Below, piece by piece: positions 27,894 through 39,010 of a stretch of 64,000 nt of DNA (its first letter is position 1; the number at the start of each line of letters is the position of its first letter). Under the pieces are notes generated by a model, which worked only from the letters and a program-made list of their open reading frames with translations, was not told the DNA's origin and did no database searches. This stretch comes from Octopus sinensis. Taxonomy: Eukaryota. The position numbers were made by a program, and so were the translations under genes. The stretch lies in the NCBI RefSeq assembly GCF_006345805.1, contig NC_042997.1, positions 47,058,001 through 47,122,000 on the forward strand, written 5' to 3'.

Positions 27894-28111
27894 ACATTAT
27901 TTACATTTGGCGGGTATTTGACCTCATCTTCTTTGTTGTTAACACAACGTTTCGGCTGATATACCCTCCAGCTTTCATCAGGTGTCTTAGGGAAATTTCG
28001 AACCTGGGTTTCCCCAAGACACCTGATGAAAGGTGGAGGGTATATCAACCGAAACGTTGTGTTAACAACAAACACGATGAAGACAAATATCCGTGAAATA
28101 TAAATAATGTA
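27894..28111. ncRNA. Inverted pair of minimal type I hammerhead ribozymes (Penelope pLTR-derived foldback)
   Basis: ~102-bp arms at ~89% identity with a 13-nt spacer. Each arm carries GACAC-CTGATGA-A(stem II)-GAAAC-GTT-GTGTT; the + core is at 28018-28063. Confidence 0.75.
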
Positions 28112-28324
28112 CATATTTCCCCATCTCTTAAATATAGAACTGTATTACAGAACACTATGTTCGTCTCTGTTTCCTGTTCAACATTAGTTCATAAATGAAG
28201 AAACATTGATATGTACTTTCTTTATTTAAACTTAACAATGTTAAAGAACATAATTTTAAATTCCCTCTATATTCATCGTTTCAATTGTAGAAATGTTAGC
28301 AGAAGTTGCTGAGCGATACATACT

Positions 28325-28518
28325 GGCTTCAAATTTTGGCACAAGGCCAACTATTTCGGAGCTAGGAGTAAGTCGATTACATAGACTCTTATTTTATCAA
28401 CCCCGAAAGGATGAAAGGTAAAATCGACATCGGCAGAATTTGAAATCAGAACGTAAAGACGGACGAAATGCCGATAAGCATTTTGTCTGGAACGGTAACG
28501 ATACTGCCAGTTTGCCGC
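28325..28518 (-). mobile_element. SINE family B, decayed
   Basis: Reverse-complement homology to 35961-36130. Confidence 0.75.
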
Positions 28519-28859
28519 TTTCCTGAGCAATACATATTGGATAGTAAATTTTGTTTCAAATCTTGTCAAGAAATAGACGAGACTGAAAGGACTTCGAACA
28601 CATCAATCTTAGATATATTTTTATCAGAAGTTCATGAATTACTTTTTACTTTTTAAAATGTTCGCTATCGTTAGTTTAATTTTTCTGCCTTGAGCATTCT
28701 GCTTTCTTTCGTCTATTATTATTACATGGCACATAATTTTCTAGCAAGTTAATCATTTCGTCTACATTTCCTCTACAAAATTTATGTTTCTGAAGTTAAA
28801 GAGACCTTAACCATTAACTTCAGGCTGCTCATATTTTTGTTTGCCATCAAAGCATTGTT

Positions 28860-29290
28860 TACACAAATTTCAATTCAATTCCATCTCATAAAATATACAG
28901 TCGAGCTGTACAAAAGTTTTTCTTTTGGAAAAGGTGATGATGGAGTGATTACGCACAATTTCGGTCCTCAATGTTTAGATATGCTGCGGCCAAATGAATA
29001 CTGGTCAGTCAACATAGCGGAGACGAAAAGTTCATAATTCAATAAAATGGAAAAACACTTATGGAGCAAAGCCACCTTTCATCGACCGACTGGTGCAATG
29101 GAAAATCGTTATTTTCTTCACATTTTTCATTGGTCTGTTGAAATTCTCAGCGGTCGTCTGTTGTACCACCAACTGGTTGTTCTCTGAAAAGCCTTAAGCC
29201 AAATCTCATACGTATTAGGTCGTTTGTACAATAGTTGGTATTGTTCAATGAGTCTCGATAAATCCGGTCTTAATTTTAGAGTTATTTGTA
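28860..29290 (+). mobile_element. Possible Tc1/mariner (DD37D-like) transposase relic
   Basis: FSFGKGDDGVITHNFGPQCLDMLR..FQ*NG weakly resembles FFExxxGxxVTVNxERYxxML..FQQDG. Confidence 0.3.
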
Positions 29291-29879
29291 GACATACTTA
29301 TAGTTTTTATTTTAATGTGAAGAAATTTCAACTTTATTGTTTAAGCTGTCTTCTTTCATTTTATCTGATGTAGCGGAACGTGTCTTCATAAGTAATGATT
29401 TACAGAACAGAGAAGGCAGCCGACAAAACACATCAAATCACACAGCAGGCAAGCGGAAAAATAAAATAATTTAAAAGTAAATAAGATAAATTGTATTGCA
29501 GCATTGTAAGGAAAAGAAATGGGATACGGTACTCGAATTTCGTTGAATGTAGTTAGTGTTCAAAAATAAAAGCGCTTACGAAATATATCTCACAAAAATA
29601 ATGAGGATATTATTTAAAAGACGAATTCAAAACAAATAAGGAAATATATAAATAAATAGTTCTTATAACGTCGAGCAGGGAGTGGGGAAGGTGGGACAAA
29701 ACTATGAATAGTATTTCATGAAAAACAATATATATATATATATATTTTTTTAAATCATCATTTATTATAGTAGAGATGGAAAACTTCAGCTGACAAATAA
29801 ACGAAAAGAAAACATTCGTTTATGAAAGAGTGTTAGAAAGTGATGTTATGCAATAATTTTTAAACATTTAAGGTACTTG

Positions 29880-30300
29880 ACTAAGCGAAGCTGTTTACAT
29901 TTTCATTGAGGTCCTTATAGTTTATTTTCAGAGAATCTGAAGAATATGTGAGTAGCTCTTGTAACCTAACACATGGTTTCTTTGTGGACGAGCTGAATTT
30001 GTATGCCAAAAATATGAACGATAGGAAGAAGAGATTTCACCTTATGACTCTTTCAAAAGACACAGAATTGGAGCTTCGTCAAGGGAAATGCTCTTAACAG
30101 TTTGTAAAAGAAGGAAAAATTAGAAGCTAGTCAAACAGCATCTCAGTCATTAGCTAAATTATTTCTCCGATAACCCACACAGAACGCTTGGAGTACCTAA
30201 GGATAGATGAAATTTATTGTAGAATGGCATTTGTAATAAAAAAAAAGACAAACTAAGGGAAATTTCAAATGGATTGAAGGATCTTATATTCAAAGCTTTC
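29880..30300 (+). mobile_element. Old R4/Dong-type LINE reverse transcriptase fragment
   Basis: LFTFSLRSL..LTHGFFVDELNLYAKN..LSKDTELELRQGKC corresponds to HLFFVDDLKLYAKN..FSKDIGMEFGxDKC. Confidence 0.65.
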
Positions 30301-32049
30301 TTATAGGCAATGAATTAATGGCCGACGACCTGTTTACTGACAACACTCATAACAACATTTGAGCTACTCACTTAGACCCGAATCTTATTTTAAACCTCAA
30401 AGACTACTTCCAGAAATTTCTGTATTTCTAGTGTCTGTACCTAAAAAAGAAAAGAAAGAGGCAGAGCCATTGAAAGTTACATTACCAAACCAAACCACAC
30501 CACAAACCAAACCACACCAATCTATTGGTGGAGTGAAGGCCGATCTCTTCTATAACGCCTGCTAATCAACAAAGAACTGACATAGATTACATCTGCATGC
30601 ATGGATTAAGAAGTTCGATTTTCTTTCCTGATGTCATTTTGAGTATGATGCTTTTTACCATAGTCGATCAAGTCTTGTGAATTAAATTGGGAAGGTGTAA
30701 ACTGTATAGATGTTCGTCGATCGGATTATGCTTGTAATTCAAGGCCCCTTTCTTGTCATATATTTTGCCATTATTTTTTGTGAGAATTCCACAGTACGTG
30801 CCTATAATATTATTCAGGTAATTATTCATGGTAATTAACGAATCAGCGGTATTCTATTCTACTTGAGCGAACAATTGAGAACAATGACATCAAAGCGACA
30901 ATGAATCTATTGTGCATGATCTTTCTGCTTTCGAGCAGAAATTCTTACGTTTCACTTTTGTTAAAATCCTTCGGAATGATTGTAAACATTGAAACCCAAG
31001 GTACTCTATATATTGGACCTACAATTAGTTCATTCGAAGATGTGTTATTTTTGCATTAAAGGAACAGAAAATAACAAATCAAGTGTTCAACATTTGAAGG
31101 ATAGATAAAAACTGAATGTAAAACTATCAAACACTATAGTTAATACAGAATATATAAACCAAACCACAAACAAGTATCTGAAAATGTCACCACGATATAT
31201 AACTGCCTATGAAGCATGAAGTAATGTCGTAAACTTTAAATACAATTCGTAGAAAGTATAAACTTGGAGATCAAATATACGGCTTTACTTAGAGAGTATA
31301 CACATTCTTAATTTAAAAGTATGCTGGTGTCATTTTCTTATCTAAATTTCTGTACAAATCACGAAATATAACGAAGTGGGACAGAGTAAAGGAAGAGAGC
31401 ACAGTTGTCGAATCAGTTGCCCAGCCGATGTTTAGCACATTAAAAATAAAAGAGAAAGAAAATACATATGTCAAATTAATGAGAAATCTGGAGATGCTTC
31501 TACATTCGAACAACGGCTTTAGATTTATAATTTTGATCACTGGGAACTTTGTTATGAGCTAACTTTCTCAGCGCCGTTACTGAGAAATTGAACTTCACAA
31601 ATCAGAAAAGACACGGCCAATTACAAAATTACAATTACATGCCATTAATGGAACTGTAATTATATCTAAAACAATCTAGAAGTGAACTGTGTATAATGTA
31701 CATATACTCATGTATGGTCATTCAAACGTTATATGCTTGTATGTGTCTGCTTCGTACGTAGGCTAACATATAAAGATTTGCACACTCTGTTTATACGCGC
31801 ATACACACATGCATATGTATGCAGATATGTAGATAATTCCCACATGGTTATCTAGTTGCTGTTCTCTAAATTAAATGAAAGAATCTTGTTTCTGAATTGC
31901 ACAACATATCATTTTCTATTAGTGAGAAATTGGAAAAATAAAACTACAACCGCACATACACATCTACCTAAAGACATACATACATGCTTACATAGATACA
32001 TGCTTACGTACACACGTGCATTCATGCATACATATATAATGCTTTCGTA

Positions 32050-33300
32050 GTGTTAGTGCTAGTACCAACATTTAAGATGCCAGACTAGGCTCTTGAAGAG
32101 ACCCTAAACTTGTACATCATAACAATGAGGACACTAACTACCATTGGCAACTCCCCTATCGACAATTCCTATCAGTCACTATCAATGTGGTAGGCATGTA
32201 TTTTATGTCAAATCAATTCCCGGGATTTCTGAATGTGTGGGTTAGTTAGTGTACGCTTATGTGTAGGGATATGCGTAGGCATACTTGATGTAATGTAATG
32301 GGTGAGTATGTTCCGTTTCTTCACAACCTTTACAAATAGACGGATGGAGACAGAGCAGGCCTGTCCAGATAGCTTTTGAGTGCTACATTGTATTAGATAG
32401 AAAACACTTATCGAACAATAAAGGGAGAAAGGATTACCACTTGTGTACTCAATAGCAAAAATAATAACTTCATGAGAGTAGGTTATGAACTCCTGAAAAG
32501 TACATAAATGTGCAGTTTTTCCATGTGAACCAAAAGAAACTCGGAGGAAGATATATATTAATTTCTATTTGGCAAAAAGTTATGTTTGGTTACATATCCT
32601 GCGAGTTAGAAAATGTCAACCACATTCACAGTGTAGATCACGTATTCTGATCTAAACTGTATTCTGATACATCAATTCCGTGCTATTCAAGGACAGGAGA
32701 TAGCTACAGAATACCCGATGAAGAAAAGAGGTAAGGAAGTCTCTAAACATTTTCGTTGTCGATTGCGCCATACCAGTGTGGAATAAAACAGCTACATCAT
32801 CAGAAGCTACCATAAAATATCCGTAATGTACTATCTCCCTATTAGACATGACATTGTTGCTGAAACTATTTACAATGCTATCCGCAGGAAGGATAGCTCT
32901 CACAAACGAACACTAAAATCACTCTTATACCACACTGTAAAATGACAAATGCTAGTGGAACATTCCACTAAAAACATCAACATAACACAAACACGATAGG
33001 TCTGATGTTATTTTATAGGAAAGAGAACAAAAGTCGTGCAATATTGTCGAGTTTAGCTACCCAGTGGATATGAATATCTAAACTCTAACAATACATAAAA
33101 ACATCTATATTAAACAAATGTGAAACTTATGGCTTTTGTATCCGAGCTATAGATTTTCGTTTCTACAAAGTGTTAAATATGCACTGGGCTATATAACAAT
33201 ATATTTGAATATGATTCCTGGAAAATCGAGGTTTTCCAGCAAATACCAAATGAGACTGATTTGCATCCTCCAAGGACAATCGATAGAATATGTAAAGCAT
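32050..33300 (+). mobile_element. Old R4/Dong-type LINE thumb, CCHC and RLE fragments (continuation of 29880-30300, interrupted at ~32150-32330)
   Basis: VLVPTFKMPD*ALEETLNLYIITMRTLTTIGN; AIQGQEIATEY..CRL..YYLPIRHDIVAETIYNAIR; WNIPLKTST*HKHDRSDV. Confidence 0.65.
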
Positions 33301-34582
33301 TCAACGATTCTCCATTTGAGTATCGGTGAAGGAAAATATGGTGAAATGCGTGTATATATGGGTCACACAAAAACGTACATAAAGAACAATGAATCAGCAA
33401 ACCTTTGTAAATGTTGTGAAGAAACGGAACATACTCACCCATTACATTACATCAAGTATGCCTACGCATATCCCTACACATAAGCGTACACTAACTAACC
33501 CACACATTCAGAAATCTCGGGAATTGTTTTGACCTAAAATACAGGCTTACCACATTATTAGTGACTGATAGGAATTCTAGAAATAGCTTAAATCCCAAAT
33601 ATACAAATACCTCCATAGTTACCATTACCTACAATTAAAAGAAGTTCAGAAGAATTTCTCCAAATTCTCTAAGTTATCATTAGACAACTAACGTTTCTTT
33701 GACCAGAGTAAAGTAAACGAGAACACTCTCATACTAAATCTTATTCAGAGTATCACAGGGGGAGTCTATCTGAAAATATGTGATAACACATTTTGGACAA
33801 TCAACACCTACTTCTATTCAGTTTCCATGAGTACGAAAGGGCACCTAGGTGATATCTGTTCAGCACATGGTAATGATATAAAATGCAGACTGCAGGTGTA
33901 TAAAAGACGTTGACGAAAATCATCAATAGCTTATACCGGATGGTGAAAATAAACGTTCTATTCTCAGCAAGATTTTAAGTACTTTTGATATAAAGATCAG
34001 CAGTCGGAAAGAATTATTTCTATTAGAATGCATCGTGATTAAACAGAATCAAACAGGAATACTATATCACATCAACAGTGCAACTAACACAATCTTTAAA
34101 CTTTGACCAATACTGTGGGAAAGCTGCGTAATTAGAAGACATCAGGGAGATATCTAATTGTTGGTTTCTGGCATAAAAGCTTCACGTTCTACTGAAAGTG
34201 GCAAATATTTAATATTAGAAAAAAAAACCTGTGAAAAATTAGATTAAAAGTTTAAAAATAAGAATGGAACAGCAGCTAGATAAAGAAATATTCTTGCCAA
34301 GGCAACTCCATTGTTTCTGTATAAATTTCGTGCAAACTGTTTAAACTTACTAAACAACGTTTGATAATAAATCTATACAGCCCAAAGTAAGAAAAACAGC
34401 AAAAATCTTGCAATAGGAGGCATGAATTTAATCTCATTCTCCAGTGAGTTACTGGAATCACACTACGTTTCTGACAAAGTAAAGATCTGAGGTGCCTTGC
34501 CAATAGTTTTTGCACTTGTGACTAAAAGTAGGATGGTTTTAGTCGATATCACCAAATCTCTTGTAATGTTTTACAAAAGTAA

Positions 34583-34800
34583 GGTGGTGAACTAGCAGAA
34601 TTGTTACCGTACCGGCGAAAATGCTTAGCATCGCTTCTTCCGATTTACGTTCCAATTTCACATGCCGCTAGGATTGACTTTGCTTTTCATCTTTTCGGGG
34701 TCGATAAAGAATGTTCCAGTTGAACACTGGGGTCAATGTAATCGACTTACATCCTCCTCCGAAATTGTTGGCCTTGTGCCAAAATTTTAAACCAATATTT
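34583..34800 (+). mobile_element. SINE family B with probable TSD
   Basis: SINE-B body flanked by TTTTACAAAAGT on both sides (~34569-34580 and ~34798-34809). Confidence 0.8.
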
Positions 34801-35960
34801 TACAAAAGTCCGTTAGTTAATCACTAATATTTAAACCTGCAAGAGATACTAATATAATCCATAATTTCTTTGTGAACACCAAAAGATCGACATTAGAAAT
34901 ATACATTGCTGAGAAAAATATGGAATTTTTCCTTCTTATAAAAGGATGGAATTATACCTGACGAATGGAATTAAATTTGGCGGGTGGAATTATACATGGT
35001 GTCTGCAAAATTATATTCTAAATCCAAAATAATTTTATTAATGGTTACTCTAGCTTCCTTATTCTTCACGGTGACATCTAGAAATATTCAGGTGCCATCG
35101 AAATTCGCTACAAACAAAAAATAGAGTGGTCAAATGTTTCTAAACTAGATTTCAAAATAAATATGTTTCTCAGAGCTTTCCTAATATAAATGGATCACAT
35201 TCTTTAATGTATTTGCAACAGCAGCATTGACCAGCATATATGAGAATTCATTTGATTGGTGTTCAGAAGAAAGTCTCTCCATAAAAATTAAATTCAACTA
35301 ATGAATCTGATAGCAAGTCAAAGAAGAAAATGCAGAAAATTATTTCAGTGCTCCTTTGATTGCCATTTGTTATGAATCAAACAGAATCTGCTAAATAGCA
35401 ACAAAGCCCAATGCATCAACAGTGAAGACAACAAAATCTGACGGCTTAGGAAGGAGCTGCATTAAAGATATTTAGCTCCCGAATACTTTCAGTAAAACTT
35501 CAGAATTTTTGGACTCACGAAACTCAACACAGACCTGCAAGAGAAACACTGCATGCAAAAGATAAATAAATAAAAACGAAATAAGGCTATATTTGCGTTT
35601 GTGTTCGTAGATCTGAGGAAATTGGTAGGATCTATTGCCTCTCTTAAATGTATAACACTTCAAATGTATGCCTCTGGAATGCGAGTATAGAAAATAATCA
35701 GAAAATACTCGGTGACAAATAAATAAATAAATAAATAAACAAAACAAAACAAACTAAAAGGATGCTCTGAAACCATTGATATGTAACTGATGATATCTGT
35801 TATGACAGCTCAGATCAAGATATTACAAGATGTGGTTAGCAGTTTCTCCGCAATGTCATTAAACTTTTAATTTCGTTTGCAGCATGATGAAAGTATCCCT
35901 GGAACAAAGCGTAATACTAACCGTAGGAAGGAAAGCTATAAGATGACTATAAAGATATTT

Positions 35961-36570
35961 AAGGCGGCGAGCTGGCAGAAACGTTAGCACGCCGGGCGAA
36001 ATGCTTAGCGGTATTTCGTCTGCGTTACGTTGTGAGTTCAAATTCCGCCGAGGTCGACTTTGCCTTTCATCCTTTCGGGGTCGATAAATTAAGTACCAGT
36101 TACGCACTGGGGTCGATGTAATCGACTTAATACCTATGTCTGTCTTTGTTTGTCCCCTCTGTGTTTAGCCCCTTGTGGGTAATAAAGAAATAGGTATTTC
36201 GTCTGTCTTTACGTTCTCAGTTCAAATTCCGCCGAGGTCGACTTGGCCTTTCATTCTTTCGGAGTCTATAAATTAAGTACCTATTTCTTTATTACCCACA
36301 ACGGGATAGAGGGGACAACATAGAGGGGACAAACAAAGACAGATATAGGTATTAAGTCGATTACATCGACCCCAGTGCGCAACTGGTACTTAATTTATCG
36401 ACATCGAAAGGATGAAAGGCAAAGTCGACCTCGGCGGAATTTGAACTCACAACGTAACGACAGACGAAATACGGCTACGCATTTCGCCCGGCGTGCTAAC
36501 GTTTCTGCCAGCTCGCCGCCTTCTATAAATTAAGTACCATTTGCGTACTGGGGTCGATCTAATCGACTAA
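35961..36570. mobile_element. Nested SINE-B cluster: young tailed copy (+), older host copy, young tailed copy (-) with a 16-bp TSD
   Basis: + copy 35961-36192 ends AATAAAGAAATA. The host occupies 36193-36281 and 36523-36570. The - copy at 36282-36522 is flanked by CTATAAATTAAGTACC (36266-36281, 36523-36538). Confidence 0.9.
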
Positions 36571-36846
36571 GAATATTTCTTATGTTGAATACGCACGTAT
36601 ATAATTACAGAATGAAACTTCTACCAAGTGCATTGATAATATGAGTGCAATTAATAACATGAGAACAAAACAAAAAAGAAAAGAAGCTGAGAGAAAGTAA
36701 TAGTTATAGAAGCCGAGCGTTCAGTTAACTCCAATTTTGCAATTTAGTCTCAAAGTGAAAGAGATAAATAATCAAAGCTTTTCTAAAATTTCTATCAGTC
36801 TCTCTCTCTCTCTGTATGTATATATACCTACTATATATACACTTAT

Positions 36847-36921
<75 letters not shown>

Positions 36922-36949
36922 AAAATAAATAAATAAATAAAGATATATA

Positions 36950-37860
36950 CTGTATATAGGTAGTACTGGATGTGTTGTTGTCATTCTTATGGTTGGCATA
37001 GTGGAGATACGTTCCTCATTACTCTAATCAAGTCTGCTACGAGAATGTTGATTTTGGTAGTACTTGACATCGCTGAGTTACTACGGATTATCTGCGGATT
37101 AGCCATAGGTTTACAATAGTATTAGTGGAGTAAACAGTGTTTAACAGTTCCGTTAATCATAGTATTTTCTATCCACAGCTCAGTATCTAGGACCTGGTGT
37201 GTCTAGAGGTGTAGTCTACAGTAACCTTTATACTGCTAAGTTTAGAGTCAGCTAAGTGTTGTACAGTTGTCATCATCTGTTCTTTGTTTAGTAGAGTGTC
37301 CATATGTGTATTACGTTTCACGACAAGGTTAATGTCGTCATCGTATCGAGCGTACATAGCTGAATGGATATTACGGGTCGCTAGGCACTGCTTAAAATGT
37401 CTGTCCCACCATACCATGAAGAGGTTGGCAACATCACCGGCGATCCCTGCACCAATAGTACGGCCTTTCATCTGTTTATTTAGTTTATTATTTAACTTTA
37501 AAATATGTCTTTTAAGATTAGCGTGTGCAACAGTAGTTTTGATGTCGTGTATATCTGAAGGTGGGTGGTCTCGTTTTGTTTAGCCGTGCCAGCATTCACT
37601 GTGGGTCTTTTTGTATGCCGAGGTAATGGTAGGTGGTCTACCTCGCTTGTTACTGGTGGGACCAGCATATACCAGGTTTTTGTGTGACAGATATACGTCG
37701 GTACAAGTTAGAGTCAGGAAGAGGCCTAGTTCATATACGTCCATATTTTTAAATATCATATCTCAGATTAAGTCACTTGCTATGCGAGTACATCTCTGTA
37801 ATTCCGAAAGCTTGAGCCACGCTACCATAACTCTGACGAAAGTCGTTACTTGTTGCTTGA
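36950..37860 (-). mobile_element. Penelope-like reverse transcriptase fragment, probably Naiad-type
   Basis: KQMKGRTIGAGIAGDVANLFMVWWDR..YARYDDDIN..VTVDYTSRH..LDTELWI..YYCKPMAN..ILVADLIRVMRNVSP. The upstream ELGLFL..KRGRPPTITS segment resembles the insertion-in-fingers domain. Several stop codons are present. Confidence 0.8.
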
Positions 37861-38222
37861 AAAAAAAAATAACAGCTAAGCAACATCTTCATTTCATTAG
37901 ACACTTCATCTCACTGAAGGTTGTATACTTTAAGACTACACGTATACATGTGAGTGTGTATACGTGTTTATATGATTGTGTGTTATTGTACATTTGTTTA
38001 GGTAGGTTTATATTTCCATGTATATATCTAAGACATTGTATCCATTCACCTTTAGACGGTGGTGAGAGGAAGATAATATATACCCCTCCTTTTTCTATAG
38101 GCTACTTCTGACGTTATATCATATAACGTTTTTTCAAATAATATTAATTGCGTTCTGTAAATCACTATACATATCCATCATTTTCTGTTAAAATGTCTTA
38201 TTGACGAATTTCATTTCTTCAC

Positions 38223-38303
38223 TTCCCTGAAGAGATTACATTGTTTTACATCATTTATTCCTTTGGAATAATATCAGTGATATCTTCGAAACATGTGTCG
38301 GAA
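38223..38303 (+). ncRNA. Minimal type I hammerhead ribozyme (imperfect stem II)
   Basis: TTCC-CTGAAGA-GATTACATTG...CAGTGATATCTTC-GAAAC-ATGT-GTC-GGAA, with an intact core, a GUC triplet and palindromic ACATGT in stem III. Confidence 0.65.
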
Positions 38304-38488
38304 ATAAAATTCCAATTATTTATTTATATATTATACAAAAATTCCACGTAACCCGAAGTAAAAACAAGGAGTTACAACCTCTTTACTTGTGTGATTTTTT
38401 GCTACCCTGGTAACTATTTATCTATATTTTCCGTGTTAATTGTTAACAAGGGAAAATACACACATCTATCTATCTATCTATCTATCTA

Positions 38489-38587
<99 letters not shown>

Positions 38588-38699
38588 ATCTACTTCCTCT
38601 GTTCAGTCCTACTCAACTTCTCTCTTCATTGATACCCCGATGCAATCTGTACCTTGTATATATTACAAGCAGAGGACTTCTACTATCCTCCAGCCACGT

Positions 38700-39010
38700 A
38701 CCACGAGACCGTACGGTTTCGACCTCATTGTGATCATCCTCGAAATCAGTTCGTCTTGGTGATGGAAAAAAGCACCTCCTTATAGGTGTTACAAATATGT
38801 ATATACGAATGTGCACACACACACACACACACACACAAACATAAGCACTACCTATTGCCACACACGGTCGGTCTACAAAATTCATTAGCAAAACATTTTT
38901 GTTCAACCTGGGTCTATATAGTAGGAGACATTTGTCCAAGGCGCTGCGCAGTGAACTGAAACCGAAACCAAGTAGTTTGTAAAGTGAGTTTCTTAAACAT
39001 GCAGTCATGC
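38700..39010 (-). mobile_element. Old SINE-A-related copy
   Basis: Reverse complement resembles the SINE-A head and body (GCATGACTGCATGTTTAAGAAACTCAC..GGTTTCAGTTCACTGCGCAGCGCCTTGGACAAATGTCTCCTACTATA). Confidence 0.55.

Noticed and set aside
33620-34120. Possible second GIY-YIG relic; also a possible hAT C-terminus at ~18780-18950
   Set aside because: The similarity is too weak to support by eye.
36950-37860. In-frame TGA codons in the Naiad-like RT as possible selenocysteine (reported for some Naiads)
   Set aside because: TAA stops and a frameshift are also present, so this is ordinary decay. No SECIS is evident.
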